Positions 9,863 through 19,995 of a stretch of DNA of 64,000 bases are shown here, in pieces. The stretch covers positions 1 through 64,000 of the IMG/VR virus record IMGVR_UViG_3300014204_000120, one strand, 5' to 3'. The notes under the pieces were generated by a model, which ran no database searches, was not told the origin of the DNA, and saw nothing but the letters and a program-made list of their open reading frames with translations. Position numbers and translations under genes: made by a program. Every line of letters begins with the position of its first letter. Positions within the stretch are counted from its first letter, which is position 1. This DNA is from a virus. Lineage: Duplodnaviria; Caudoviricetes.

Positions 9863-10821
9863 TGCAAAATTTTTATTATCCGAGGACGTGTAAAGGTATA
9901 ATAGTAGCACTGACTGATATGTTTGATAATATGGTCGTTTATAAGTACGCTACAGATACTATGTCTGCCGGATATGGTACATCAGCTCAAGTTATATCTA
10001 TACCAATACTTTTTGGACCGAACGAAAAAGAATATTTACAAAGAATTGAAGATCATGAGTATATTGCAAGCGGAACTGATGCTACTGGATATAAATCTGT
10101 AGAATCTGTTGGTCAAAGATATTATTTATATTTACCTAGAATGTCTTTAATTTTAAATGGTATTGCTTATGATGCAGAAAGAGCATATGGAGCTAATGAG
10201 TGGAGATCTTGGTTTCAAGAGACACTAGAATTAAGTGGATCTGATGTAGATGAAATATTGCGTGATTATGCTCCAGCTCCTTATAATTATAATTTTACTT
10301 TGAGTATAATGACCGATTCAATGGATTATTTTGCGCAGATTATAGAGAATATTTTGCCATATTTTAATCCTAAGTTATATTTAAGAGTTAAGGAGTTTTC
10401 ATTTTTGAATATAGAAAGGGATTTACCAGTTTCAATTAATGGTGTTAATCCTGAGTTTATAAGTCCTGAGATAAGTGATACAGAACGTAGATATGTAAAT
10501 GGGACTATAGATTTAACTGTTGAGGGATGGCAGTACAGACCGTTTGAGTATGGTAAGATTATTAAGAGTATACATAGTAAGTATTTTGTAGTTGATGCTA
10601 GTAATGATTATGGTATATCGGCGTTGTCAGCGGATGATGAACCATCAAAGATATATGTTATTTCAGCTGATTCTTTTGATACTTCAGGTGCGTTTATGAA
10701 TTCTGCCGGTGGTGTTGATACAAGTGCTATAAGTGCAATGGTACCTTATTCTTACAGTGGTACATATGAGGATAACGTAAAAGATCTATATTACTTTACT
10801 AGTGCGACTATTATAGGATAA
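9862..10821 (+). CDS. Tail terminator / sheath stabilizer, T4 gp15-like
   Basis: FYY...IIVA..DMFDN, IPILFGP.EK, LPRMS, PAPYNYNFTLSI, QIIENILPYFNP. Confidence 0.88.
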   Translation: MQNFYYPRTCKGIIVALTDMFDNMVVYKYATDTMSAGYGTSAQVISIPILFGPNEKEYLQRIEDHEYIASGTDATGYKSVESVGQRYYLYLPRMSLILNGIAYDAERAYGANEWRSWFQETLELSGSDVDEILRDYAPAPYNYNFTLSIMTDSMDYFAQIIENILPYFNPKLYLRVKEFSFLNIERDLPVSINGVNPEFISPEISDTERRYVNGTIDLTVEGWQYRPFEYGKIIKSIHSKYFVVDASNDYGISALSADDEPSKIYVISADSFDTSGAFMNSAGGVDTSAISAMVPYSYSGTYEDNVKDLYYFTSATIIG

Positions 10822-10834
10822 AAGGAGTTTATTT

Positions 10835-11341
10835 ATGGAAGGATTTGAAGGATTGACTTCTGCTTTTAATATGAATACTGAATTAATTGAAGTGGAAACT
10901 GATCATAAAATAAAATTAATTGAAGCCGAAATGCAAATCATTGAAGCTAAAAAACAAGACTTGGTTAATCGTGTAGCAGTTCATCAAGTTCCTATAATGT
11001 TTCAAGATCAAAGTTATCTTCAAGAGGAACTTAAATCACTTATACTACAAACTAGAACTACTCTAAATAAAGTTGAACAAGATATTAAAATTGGTGCTGA
11101 ACCTAGAAAAATTGAAGTATATGCTAAACTTGTTGAATCCATAGGTAAACAATATACTTCTTTAATTGAACTAAATAAAGCCATATTTGAAGCCCAAGTA
11201 GCAACTAACCAAGTAGATATAAATAACATAGGCAATAATAAAATAGCTTTGACTTCAGACCAATTGCTAGATATGATTAATAAAGCTAGTTCTAATAGTC
11301 AAATGAAAGATATTGACGCACATTTTGAAATTAAGGAATAA
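10835..11341 (+). CDS. Probable terminase small subunit (gp16-like)
   Basis: Helical protein with PRKIEVYAKL and TSDQLLDMI, positioned before the large terminase. Confidence 0.55.
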   Translation: MEGFEGLTSAFNMNTELIEVETDHKIKLIEAEMQIIEAKKQDLVNRVAVHQVPIMFQDQSYLQEELKSLILQTRTTLNKVEQDIKIGAEPRKIEVYAKLVESIGKQYTSLIELNKAIFEAQVATNQVDINNIGNNKIALTSDQLLDMINKASSNSQMKDIDAHFEIKE

Positions 11342-11351
11342 TATAATTTGA

Positions 11352-11651
11352 ATGATTTGGTACTGTGAAAATCCTAACTGCGACTACTCTACTAATAACC
11401 GTAATAAAATCAATTGGCACCATATTAAACCTAAAGAATTAAATGGATCCAATAGATCCTTTAACCGTGTTTTTCTTTGCCCTAACTGCCATAGTAATGT
11501 TTATATACCAGAATCAACTACTGGTAATCACGCTATCAAAACAGAAAACTCTATAATTATACTAGAAATACTTAACTCCACTACAGGTAAAATTTTGAAA
11601 ACTATAGATACTAAAGGAAATGAGATCTATAGCAAAATGAAAAATAATTAA
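11352..11651 (+). CDS. Small HNH endonuclease
   Basis: C...C, HHIKP...GSN...N...LCPNCH motif. Confidence 0.8.
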   Translation: MIWYCENPNCDYSTNNRNKINWHHIKPKELNGSNRSFNRVFLCPNCHSNVYIPESTTGNHAIKTENSIIILEILNSTTGKILKTIDTKGNEIYSKMKNN

Positions 11652-11667
11652 GGAGTAATATTGAAAA

Positions 11668-12570
11668 ATGAGTCACGAATATTTATCACAAGAACAAGCA
11701 GAAAAAATATTAAAGAATAATTTTTCTAATTGGATATTTAAACCATTTATTTATCAGGGTTATAGAAAAACTAGAGTTGATTATATATGTGAAAATGGCC
11801 ATGAAGGAAATGCTAATTTTGCAAATTTACAACAAAATAAAGGTTGTATGAAATGTCGTATAATTAAAAACGCAAATCGATGTAGAAAATCATATGAAAA
11901 TGCAATAAAACAATTATATAAAAAAAGACCTAATTGGATATTTGATCCATTTGAATATAAAAATGTACAAACTAGAATTTATTATACTTGTGATAAAGGT
12001 CATAAACATCACGCTACTTTTTTAAATATTATAAAAGGTAGAGGTTGTCCGTTTTGTAGTAAATATAAAATTCGTAGAAATCAAGAGCAAGCCGAATTGT
12101 ATGTTCAATCATTAAGACCTACATGGATATTTGATCCTTTTATTTATAAAGGGGCTTTTACTAGAGTCTATTATACATGTGAAAAAGGTCATAAACATAG
12201 TGCTACGATTAATAATTTAGGGAGATATGGATGTCCATATTGTAATGAATCTATTGGTGAAAGAATAATTGAAACTATATTAAAGGATAAATCAATAAAA
12301 TATATTAGACAATATAGATTTGAAAATTGTTGTAGTAAACGAAAACTTCCTTTTGATTTTTATTTACCTGATTATAATACTTGTATAGAATATGACGGCG
12401 AATTACATTTTAAATGTGTTAAATATTTTGGTGGAATAAAAGCATTTAGAAAAACTAAAATGAGAGATAAAATAAAAACTAATTATTGTAAAAATAATAA
12501 TATTAAATTAGTTAGAATAAATTATAAACAACGAAATAATATATCTAATATATTAAATAATATATTATAA
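11668..12570 (+). CDS. Homing-endonuclease-like protein (three Zn-ribbon repeats plus Vsr-like/PD-(D/E)XK domain)
   Basis: WIF.PF.Y....TR..Y.C..GH...GC..C repeated three times; FDFYLPDYNTCIEYDGELH. Confidence 0.75.
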   Translation: MSHEYLSQEQAEKILKNNFSNWIFKPFIYQGYRKTRVDYICENGHEGNANFANLQQNKGCMKCRIIKNANRCRKSYENAIKQLYKKRPNWIFDPFEYKNVQTRIYYTCDKGHKHHATFLNIIKGRGCPFCSKYKIRRNQEQAELYVQSLRPTWIFDPFIYKGAFTRVYYTCEKGHKHSATINNLGRYGCPYCNESIGERIIETILKDKSIKYIRQYRFENCCSKRKLPFDFYLPDYNTCIEYDGELHFKCVKYFGGIKAFRKTKMRDKIKTNYCKNNNIKLVRINYKQRNNISNILNNIL

Positions 12571-12582
12571 GGAATAATTGAT

Positions 12583-15500
12583 ATGTTTGAAGGAAATAAA
12601 TCATTAAGAAAAGCTGGTGAAAAAATTAATTATACTCAAGATATGGTTAATGAAATAGTTAAATGTAAATCTGATATAATTTATTTTGCAGAAAAATATT
12701 ATACTATTGTAACTATTGACGGTGGTAAACAAAATATTGCATTGTGGAATTGGCAGAAAAAAGTATTGAAAGCTTATATGAATCCTCCTAATAATAAAAA
12801 GAATATTATTTTGAAGATTGCTAGACAGAGTGGAAAATGTGTTTATATAGACAGTATTGTAAGAATTAGAAATAAGAGAAATGATGAAATTAAAGAAATT
12901 AAAATAGGAGATTTTTATAAAATACCAAATCATAAAAAAATAAAACCAATTGATAATAAGTTTATTGAATCTTTTGAAGTTGAAGAATGGGAAGTTGAGA
13001 CAAATTCAGGTTGGAAAGATATAACTCATATTCATAAAACTATTAAATTTGATATCTGGGAAGTAATTACAGAAAAATGTAGTTTAAAATGTGCTGATGA
13101 TCATATAGTAATGATTAATGATTTTAAGCAAAAGTTTGTTAAAGATTTAATTGTTGGGGTTGATAAAGTTATTACTAAAAATGGATTGGAAAAAGTAACA
13201 TTAGTTCAAAAGTTAGATATAGAACCACAAGAAATGTATGATATAACCGTAAAATCAGATACTCATACACTATATACAAATAATATATTATCTCATAATA
13301 CTACAATCACAACTATATTTTTATTATGGTATGTTTTATTTAATAAAGATAAGACAGCAGCTATAATGGCAAACAAAGAAGCTTTATCAATAGAAATATT
13401 AGATAGAATTAAAATAGCATTAAAATTTATTCCAGTATGGTTACAACAAGGTATAGTTGATTGGAATAAAAAATCAGTAGTGTTAGAAAATGGTAGTCGT
13501 ATTATAGCAGCTGCAACATCAAGCCAATCATTAACAGGGTTTACAATTAATTTACTTTATTTAGATGAATTTGCAAAAGTGCCTCAACATATTGCGGATG
13601 ATTTTATTGCGTCGACTTATCCAGTTATTACTTCTGGTAAAACATCGATGATCATTATGGTATCCACGCCTTTTGGCATGAACCATTTTTATAAATTTTG
13701 GATGGATGCAACTAGAAAGGATAGTAATACAAATAGTTTTTATCCTATAAGTGTAGGATGGTGGGAAGTGCCAGGTCGTGATGAAAATTTTAAAAAGGCT
13801 GTTATTAAAGATATTGGTAGAGTAAAATGGCAACAGGAATATGGAACTCAATTTTTAGGTTCATCATCAACATTAATTGACCCTGATATTTTAGAAAGAA
13901 TAGTATATAAAAATCCAGTAGCAACTAAATGGACTGGTTTATTATTGATATATGAACAGCCTCAAAACGGAATTACTTACGTTTTAGGGGTGGATTCTGG
14001 TAAAGGTACAGGTAGAGATTATTCGGTTATTCAGGTATTGAAAATTATTAACGAGTATAATATTGAACAAGTAGCATTATATAGAAATAATTTTGTTCGA
14101 CCACATGACTTCTCTCAGGTAGTTGTATCAATAGCTCAATTTTTTAATAATGCTTATATAATGATTGAGAATAATGATATAGGTCAATCTGTATGTGATA
14201 ATGTATGGTATGAATTGGAATATGAAAATTTAGTGAATGTTGATATGAAAGGATTGGGAATTAGAAGTACTAAATCATCAAAAAGAAATGCTAATGCTCT
14301 TTTAAAAGAATACGTAGAAAAACATTGGTTAAATATATGTGATGAACGCACTGTTTATGAATTAAGCAGATATGAAGAAGTAAAGCCGAACGTATTTGCT
14401 GCTGGGAAACACGAGCACGACGATTGTTTTAAAGAGGATACATTAATTAAAACCAAAAGAGGATATGTTTCAATTAAAGAAGTAAAAATCGGTGATGAAG
14501 TATTAACGCATAAAGGTAGATGGAAAAAAGTAACTAATTTAATTAAAAAACAATTTAATGGAGATTGGTACGATATTAAATTTAAGGGATTGCTTAACTT
14601 ATCAACTAGTTATAATCATCCAATTTATACAGATGAAAGAAGTTGGGTTATAGCTCAAGATTGGAAAACTCAATCATGTATTTCTGTTAAAATGCCATTA
14701 GAAAAAAATAAAAATAAAGTTTTAAAGTTTGATGATTATGTTGAAGTTAAAAAAATGGGGTATAATATTAATAAATTTGATTTGGTTATGGATTTTAATT
14801 TTGCTAAATTTTTAGGATTATTTTTAGCAGAGGGTTGTTGTGATAGAGTTAAAAGTCATCATTATACGATGTCTATGGCATTTCATATTAAAGAAGTTTA
14901 TCTTATTAATGAAATGTCAGAATATTTAAAAACTATAGGAATTAAATCACATATTTATTATCCAAAAGGAAAAAAAGGATGTTGTTTAACGTTTTCAAGT
15001 AAATTTTTATATACTGTTTTAAGTAAATGTTATGATAAAAATCGTTTTAAAGTTTTACCAGAATATGCTTTTGATTTAGGTGAAGATTTAAAATACGTTT
15101 TAGAGTATTGGCTTAAAGGAGATGGTTGGCATAGTAATGTTAAAAATAAGAATGATCATACTATAGGTGCGTCTATTAGTAAAAAATTAGCTTTAGATAT
15201 GAGAGATATAGCAATTTCTTTGGGTAAAAAAGCTAATATTCAAAAAGTAACTAAAAGAAAAAAAGGCGAAAAAGACCAGTATCATGTGACAGTATATAAT
15301 GATTATAATAAAAATTGTAATAGTCATAGTGTTATACCAATTTCAAATTTTGAAACACTTCATAAATTATCATATAAAAAAGAAAAACCTTTAATACAAA
15401 AAAGTCATTTTGAAGGTACTGTTTATAATATAAGTGTAGAGGAAGACGAAAGTTTTGTATGTGAAGGTATAGTTGTTCATAATTGTGTAACTTCTTTATT

Positions 15501-15696
15501 ATGGTCATTATTTTTTATTAAAACTGAAGAATATGATAGTGGAAACGAAGGTAATAAAACAATAACAGATGAGTATAATGTAGATAAAGGTAATTGGGAT
15601 GAAAAGGATGTAGAAGTTAAGGATGATAAGAAGGATATAGATGGATCTGACGGAAAGGGGGATCCTAATTGGCAGCCTTCAGCAATTTTTGTATGA
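12583..15696 (+). CDS. terL: Terminase large subunit, T4 gp17-like, with two inteins
   Basis: ARQSGK|TT Walker A, LYLDEFA Walker B, VSTPFG, GVDSGKG.GRDYS, HDD|C nuclease motif. Confidence 0.95.
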   Translation: MFEGNKSLRKAGEKINYTQDMVNEIVKCKSDIIYFAEKYYTIVTIDGGKQNIALWNWQKKVLKAYMNPPNNKKNIILKIARQSGKCVYIDSIVRIRNKRNDEIKEIKIGDFYKIPNHKKIKPIDNKFIESFEVEEWEVETNSGWKDITHIHKTIKFDIWEVITEKCSLKCADDHIVMINDFKQKFVKDLIVGVDKVITKNGLEKVTLVQKLDIEPQEMYDITVKSDTHTLYTNNILSHNTTITTIFLLWYVLFNKDKTAAIMANKEALSIEILDRIKIALKFIPVWLQQGIVDWNKKSVVLENGSRIIAAATSSQSLTGFTINLLYLDEFAKVPQHIADDFIASTYPVITSGKTSMIIMVSTPFGMNHFYKFWMDATRKDSNTNSFYPISVGWWEVPGRDENFKKAVIKDIGRVKWQQEYGTQFLGSSSTLIDPDILERIVYKNPVATKWTGLLLIYEQPQNGITYVLGVDSGKGTGRDYSVIQVLKIINEYNIEQVALYRNNFVRPHDFSQVVVSIAQFFNNAYIMIENNDIGQSVCDNVWYELEYENLVNVDMKGLGIRSTKSSKRNANALLKEYVEKHWLNICDERTVYELSRYEEVKPNVFAAGKHEHDDCFKEDTLIKTKRGYVSIKEVKIGDEVLTHKGRWKKVTNLIKKQFNGDWYDIKFKGLLNLSTSYNHPIYTDERSWVIAQDWKTQSCISVKMPLEKNKNKVLKFDDYVEVKKMGYNINKFDLVMDFNFAKFLGLFLAEGCCDRVKSHHYTMSMAFHIKEVYLINEMSEYLKTIGIKSHIYYPKGKKGCCLTFSSKFLYTVLSKCYDKNRFKVLPEYAFDLGEDLKYVLEYWLKGDGWHSNVKNKNDHTIGASISKKLALDMRDIAISLGKKANIQKVTKRKKGEKDQYHVTVYNDYNKNCNSHSVIPISNFETLHKLSYKKEKPLIQKSHFEGTVYNISVEEDESFVCEGIVVHNCVTSLLWSLFFIKTEEYDSGNEGNKTITDEYNVDKGNWDEKDVEVKDDKKDIDGSDGKGDPNWQPSAIFV
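12838..13299 (+). mobile_element. Mini-intein (154 aa) in the terminase Walker A
   Basis: Begins CVYIDS after SGK, contains CADDH block B, ends SHN before T; no LAGLIDADG domain. Confidence 0.9.
14425..15483 (+). mobile_element. Intein (353 aa) with LAGLIDADG endonuclease in the terminase nuclease domain
   Basis: Begins CFKEDT after HDD, contains LGLFLAEG and YWLKGDG motifs, ends VHN before C. Confidence 0.92.
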
Positions 15697-15756
15697 TTTT
15701 TTTATAAATACAGTTAAGAAGTAATATAAATAATGAGGTATGGAGATTAAAGTAAT

Positions 15757-15936
15757 ATGAGAACTTCTAGAAAGACTAATGCTGGGTTAGCTATATCTTC
15801 TAAGCCAGTGGAATTGATTTCTATTAAAGACGTTGAAGTTCAAGAAAATAAAGAAGTTATTGAAGATCCTAAAGTTATACCTATTATTGACGTTAATAAG
15901 AAAAGAAGTAAACGAAATAAGTTTTATGAAGATTAA
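15757..15936 (+). CDS. Small hypothetical protein (59 aa, missing from the ORF track)
   Basis: MRTSRKTNAG...NKFYED*; GGAG RBS and two late promoters upstream; fills the terL-sheath gap. Confidence 0.6.
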   Translation: MRTSRKTNAGLAISSKPVELISIKDVEVQENKEVIEDPKVIPIIDVNKKRSKRNKFYED

Positions 15937-15962
15937 TAGAAAATTAATACTTGGAGGAAATA

Positions 15963-17873
15963 ATGGCAAGAGTATTTAAAGCTCCTGGAATAAAAAGAGA
16001 CGAAATTGATTTATCTGAAATATTGATTCCAACTGGCACATCTAATGGTGGTATTGTACTTCGCGCTAAAAGAGGTCCTGTAAATAGACCTGTTTATATT
16101 TCTAATGATAAAGAATTTGTAGAAACATTTGGAGAGCCAATTTATACTTCAGGAACAGATAATACAACAACGAATGGAAAACTAATACCTGAATATGGTT
16201 ATGGTGCTTATGCTGCTTTGGAATTTTTAAAAGAATCAAGTTCCCTTTATGTGGTTAGAGATTATACTACAACTGCTGATACATATGCGTTTGCAAGTTT
16301 TGATAGTAGTTTAAATTATACTATTCAAAGCGCTGGTGTTTCTGGTGATAAATTTGAAAGAGGAAATAGATTAGATACATCTGAATATATTAGTATAATT
16401 GATGAATATGCTGGTGTTGGTGGATCTGGAGCAAGTAAAGTTATTGTTTCTTATGTTGGTCCTGGTGTAGATGGTAATAGCATTGCTGTTACTATTGAAC
16501 CATTTAGTCTTTCTGCTGATTGGAAATTTGCATATGATAATTATCCTTCTTCAGCTCATGCGGCTTCTGCTGCTTCATTAGAAAATGCTGAAATTGAAAG
16601 ATGGTATCCAATAGCAAGTCAAGTATTTAAATTGAATGTGTATACAAAATCTACTGATAAAAACTGGGAAGACTATTTTAAAACCGAAGCTGAAAGAACT
16701 GCTAAAACACTTTATATTTCTCCAACAGAATCATTTTATGGTTCGATTGACGAAGATCTTAAAGACGGTAATAATAATGATCTCTTTATTGAGAATATTG
16801 TCAACGGAGTTTCAAAATACATTTATATAAAGAAAGGTGTTACATTAGCAGTTAATCATTTTGATTATGTTAATAGTGTAAGTGATGTTTCAGCGTTACC
16901 TGATGCAGAAGATACTAACGGCGATACTTATGTTAAATACGATATGACAACAGCCGGTTCTTCAACTAATAGACTAGCTATTCTATCAGGTGGAGCAAGC
17001 AGCCAGAGTAACGGCCTTACTGATACTGCCGGTTGGACAATTTTTGAAGATAGAGAAAACGCAAATGTTAATATCTTAATTGGTACATCATATAGCACAA
17101 CAGTAAAACAAGAAATTGCCAGAATCGCATCAGTTCGTGCAGACTGTATTGCTGTGGTTCCTGCAGGTCAATTAAACCATGATACTGTAGCTGATGTTAA
17201 AGCTACTGAAGAATATGGTTATAGAAGTCCTTCATATGTTGCTATCTATGCGGGATTTTCAAAAGTATATGATAAGTACAATGACAAATATCTATATATA
17301 CCTAATTCAATTTTTGGTGCGGCTTTAATGGCAAGAGTTGATAATGTTGCTAATCCTTGGGATGCTCCTGCCGGTACTAATAGAGGAGTTTTACCTGTAG
17401 TAGATCAAAGAAAAATTTGGACAGAAACGGAAATAGGGGATCTATACGAATACAATATTAATGTACCGAAACTTACTAGAGGTTATGGACATGTCATGTG
17501 GGGAAACCGTACCTCCCAGTTGAAAAAGTCAGCACTTGATAGAATTAACGTGAGAAGAGGTTTACTATATATTGAGAATAATGTTGAGATCGCATTACTA
17601 CCATTTTTATTTGAAAACAATACAGCTAGAACAAGATTACGTGTGTTTAGTGTGGTTGACTCATTTTTAGCATCAGTACAAGCGGCTGGTGGATTAACTT
17701 CATATAAAGTGATCTGTGACGAGACTAATAATAGTAGTACTGTTATAGATTCTAATCAATTAAATGTAGATCTGTACGTGGCCAACGCACGCACGATAGA
17801 GTATATAAAATTGACTACTGTAGTAACACGTACCGGTATTTCATTTGATGAAGTTCAATTAACATCAGTGTAA
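15963..17873 (+). CDS. Tail sheath protein, T4 gp18-like
   Basis: APGI...EIDLS, GPVN.P, PWDAPAG.NRG, SALDRINVRR, FENN..RTR, CDETNN; ATG at 15963 after GGAGG. Confidence 0.95.
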   Translation: MARVFKAPGIKRDEIDLSEILIPTGTSNGGIVLRAKRGPVNRPVYISNDKEFVETFGEPIYTSGTDNTTTNGKLIPEYGYGAYAALEFLKESSSLYVVRDYTTTADTYAFASFDSSLNYTIQSAGVSGDKFERGNRLDTSEYISIIDEYAGVGGSGASKVIVSYVGPGVDGNSIAVTIEPFSLSADWKFAYDNYPSSAHAASAASLENAEIERWYPIASQVFKLNVYTKSTDKNWEDYFKTEAERTAKTLYISPTESFYGSIDEDLKDGNNNDLFIENIVNGVSKYIYIKKGVTLAVNHFDYVNSVSDVSALPDAEDTNGDTYVKYDMTTAGSSTNRLAILSGGASSQSNGLTDTAGWTIFEDRENANVNILIGTSYSTTVKQEIARIASVRADCIAVVPAGQLNHDTVADVKATEEYGYRSPSYVAIYAGFSKVYDKYNDKYLYIPNSIFGAALMARVDNVANPWDAPAGTNRGVLPVVDQRKIWTETEIGDLYEYNINVPKLTRGYGHVMWGNRTSQLKKSALDRINVRRGLLYIENNVEIALLPFLFENNTARTRLRVFSVVDSFLASVQAAGGLTSYKVICDETNNSSTVIDSNQLNVDLYVANARTIEYIKLTTVVTRTGISFDEVQLTSV

Positions 17874-17966
17874 TATAAAGTTTGGGACAGCGTAGGCATA
17901 CGTTTCCTGAAAACCCTAAATGAAGTAGGGATTACCAAACTTTATAAACCTATTTAGGGAGGTTAT
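17874..17966 (+). ncRNA. Putative structured cis-regulatory RNA leader, copy 1
   Basis: 12-bp closing stem, GGGACAG...ATTACC core, loop complementary to the RBS hairpin loop; second copy at 39200-39295. Confidence 0.65.
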
Positions 17967-19367
17967 ATGTATTGTTATATATGTGATAAAGAAATTAATT
18001 ATCATAAAGCAGTATTCCCACAGTTACATATTGTTAAGCATCATCATATAACTCCAAAAGAGTATTATGATTTATATTTACGTAAAGAAAATGAGGGTGT
18101 ATGTTTGATGTGTGGAAAAGAAACCGAGTTTTTGGGTATTGGTATAACTAAAGGATATAGAAAATGTTGTAGTTCTATTTGTTCGAATAATTATATTGGA
18201 AAGAAAATTAAAACTAAAAAAACATTATTAGAAGTATATGGTGATGAAAAATATGTTAATGTTGATTTAATGAAAAAAACTAATATTAAAAAGTATGGAA
18301 CTGAATGTACATTACATACTGATAATAATAATGAAAAGATGAAAATTTTAAGAAATGCGCAAAGATTTGATAGATTAAGTGAGAAATTAAAAAAATATAA
18401 TATAAGTGTTGTTAATGTAGAAAACGTGCAATTTTATATTTTAAAATGTAATAATTGTAATAATGAATTTAAAATTGGTAAAGATTTATTTTATAATAGA
18501 ATAATTAATAATTATCCTGTTTGTTTAATATGTTATCCCTTGAAACGATCATCTGGCATAGAAGAAGAATTTAGTAAATATATTCAAGAGTTATATTTTG
18601 GTGAAATTATTAGAAATAGTAGAAAAATTATTGTTGGTAAAGAAATTGATATTTATATTCCAGAATTAAAGTTGGCGTTTGAGTTTAATGGGATATATTG
18701 GCATTCTATTTTAAATAAACATAAAAATTATCATAAAAATAAGACTGAGATGTGTGAGAAGTTAGGTATACATTTGATACATATATACGAAGACGATTGG
18801 GCTAATAAACAGAATATTATTAAAAATGAAATTAAAAAATTATTGAAATTGTTTGATAATGTGGAATTTAGTAAAGATGATATAGTTAAAGAAGTTAATA
18901 ATGAAGAAGCGACTATATTTTTAAAAGAGAATAGTTTATATGAAAATGTTTGTGGTAATGTAAATATTGGTTATTTTCATTGTAATCAGTTAGTTGCAAT
19001 TATGATATTTAATAAATTAATTAATAATAAGTATAAGTTATTAAGATGTTGTAATAAGTTAGTTATGAAAAATTATGAGATTGAAAAGAAAATGTTAGAT
19101 TATTTTAAAAATAAGTATAATCCAAATAATATAAATGTGTTAGTTGATAGATCTTGGATTTGTAATGAAATTAACTCATTATATAATGTTTTAGGATTTA
19201 CTTTTGTTTCTAAGACTAAACCGAATCGTTTTTATATAAATACTAATGATATTAGAGAAATAGATAAAAATTCAATTATGAACGATCCCAGTAAGTATAT
19301 ATACGATTCTGGCAATTTAAAATATAGATATGAAGTAGATTTAAATAAGGAGATAAAAAATGTCTAA
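17967..19367 (+). CDS. Homing-endonuclease-like protein, paralogue of 5163-6836
   Basis: EIDIYIPELKLAFEFNGIYWH and KTEMCEKLGIHLIHIYEDDW shared with the 5163 protein. Confidence 0.75.
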   Translation: MYCYICDKEINYHKAVFPQLHIVKHHHITPKEYYDLYLRKENEGVCLMCGKETEFLGIGITKGYRKCCSSICSNNYIGKKIKTKKTLLEVYGDEKYVNVDLMKKTNIKKYGTECTLHTDNNNEKMKILRNAQRFDRLSEKLKKYNISVVNVENVQFYILKCNNCNNEFKIGKDLFYNRIINNYPVCLICYPLKRSSGIEEEFSKYIQELYFGEIIRNSRKIIVGKEIDIYIPELKLAFEFNGIYWHSILNKHKNYHKNKTEMCEKLGIHLIHIYEDDWANKQNIIKNEIKKLLKLFDNVEFSKDDIVKEVNNEEATIFLKENSLYENVCGNVNIGYFHCNQLVAIMIFNKLINNKYKLLRCCNKLVMKNYEIEKKMLDYFKNKYNPNNINVLVDRSWICNEINSLYNVLGFTFVSKTKPNRFYINTNDIREIDKNSIMNDPSKYIYDSGNLKYRYEVDLNKEIKNV

Positions 19368-19908
19368 TCTAACGATCGAAGGCAGAGCTCGTAAGCTTCC
19401 GGATATTCAGCGTACATGGCTTTGGGAGCTTGTAATTCCAAGTATAACGGATGTAACTGGTGGAGTAATTCAGAATGTAGAGGATTTGATAGTACGTTGT
19501 AGAACAGCTGTTATTCCCGCTAGAGGTACTGAAGGAATTCAAAGCAGTTTTATGGGAATGACACAATGGTTTCCTAGCAAACCTACATTTACACAAACGT
19601 TTGATGTAACGATAGAGGAAACTGAAGATCAAATAGTTCATAAGGCATTAACGGCTTGGTCAGATATACTTTTTAATACGGATCCAACGGCTGCTAATGG
19701 TGGTTCGTCAACAAGACCTTTAAAGAGGGATATGGCGAAGGATATATATTTGGTTATGTATACGTATGATCAAAGAGAAATGAAAAAGAAAATTAGATTT
19801 TATAATGCGTATCCTGAGAATGTTGGCGATGTAACATTAGATTATACTGATAATGCATCAGTTAAATTCGGGTGCGTTTTTCGTTATGATTTCTGGCGTT
19901 TAGTTTAA
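19360..19908 (+). CDS. Tail tube protein, T4 gp19-like
   Basis: NAYP..VGDVTLDY...F...FRYDFW; follows the sheath gene. Confidence 0.85.
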   Translation: MSNLTIEGRARKLPDIQRTWLWELVIPSITDVTGGVIQNVEDLIVRCRTAVIPARGTEGIQSSFMGMTQWFPSKPTFTQTFDVTIEETEDQIVHKALTAWSDILFNTDPTAANGGSSTRPLKRDMAKDIYLVMYTYDQREMKKKIRFYNAYPENVGDVTLDYTDNASVKFGCVFRYDFWRLV

Positions 19909-19938
19909 TATTATCTTCAAAAAAATACTTCTATAAAT

Positions 19939-19969
19939 ACTGTAGAGGATTTAGGTCCTCTACAGTTTT
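19939..19969 (+). terminator. Hairpin/terminator overlapping a late promoter
   Basis: ACTGTAGAGGA / TCCTCTACAGT perfect stem followed by TTT. Confidence 0.6.
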
Positions 19970-19995
19970 CTACATAAAACAAAGTCAGGTAAAAG

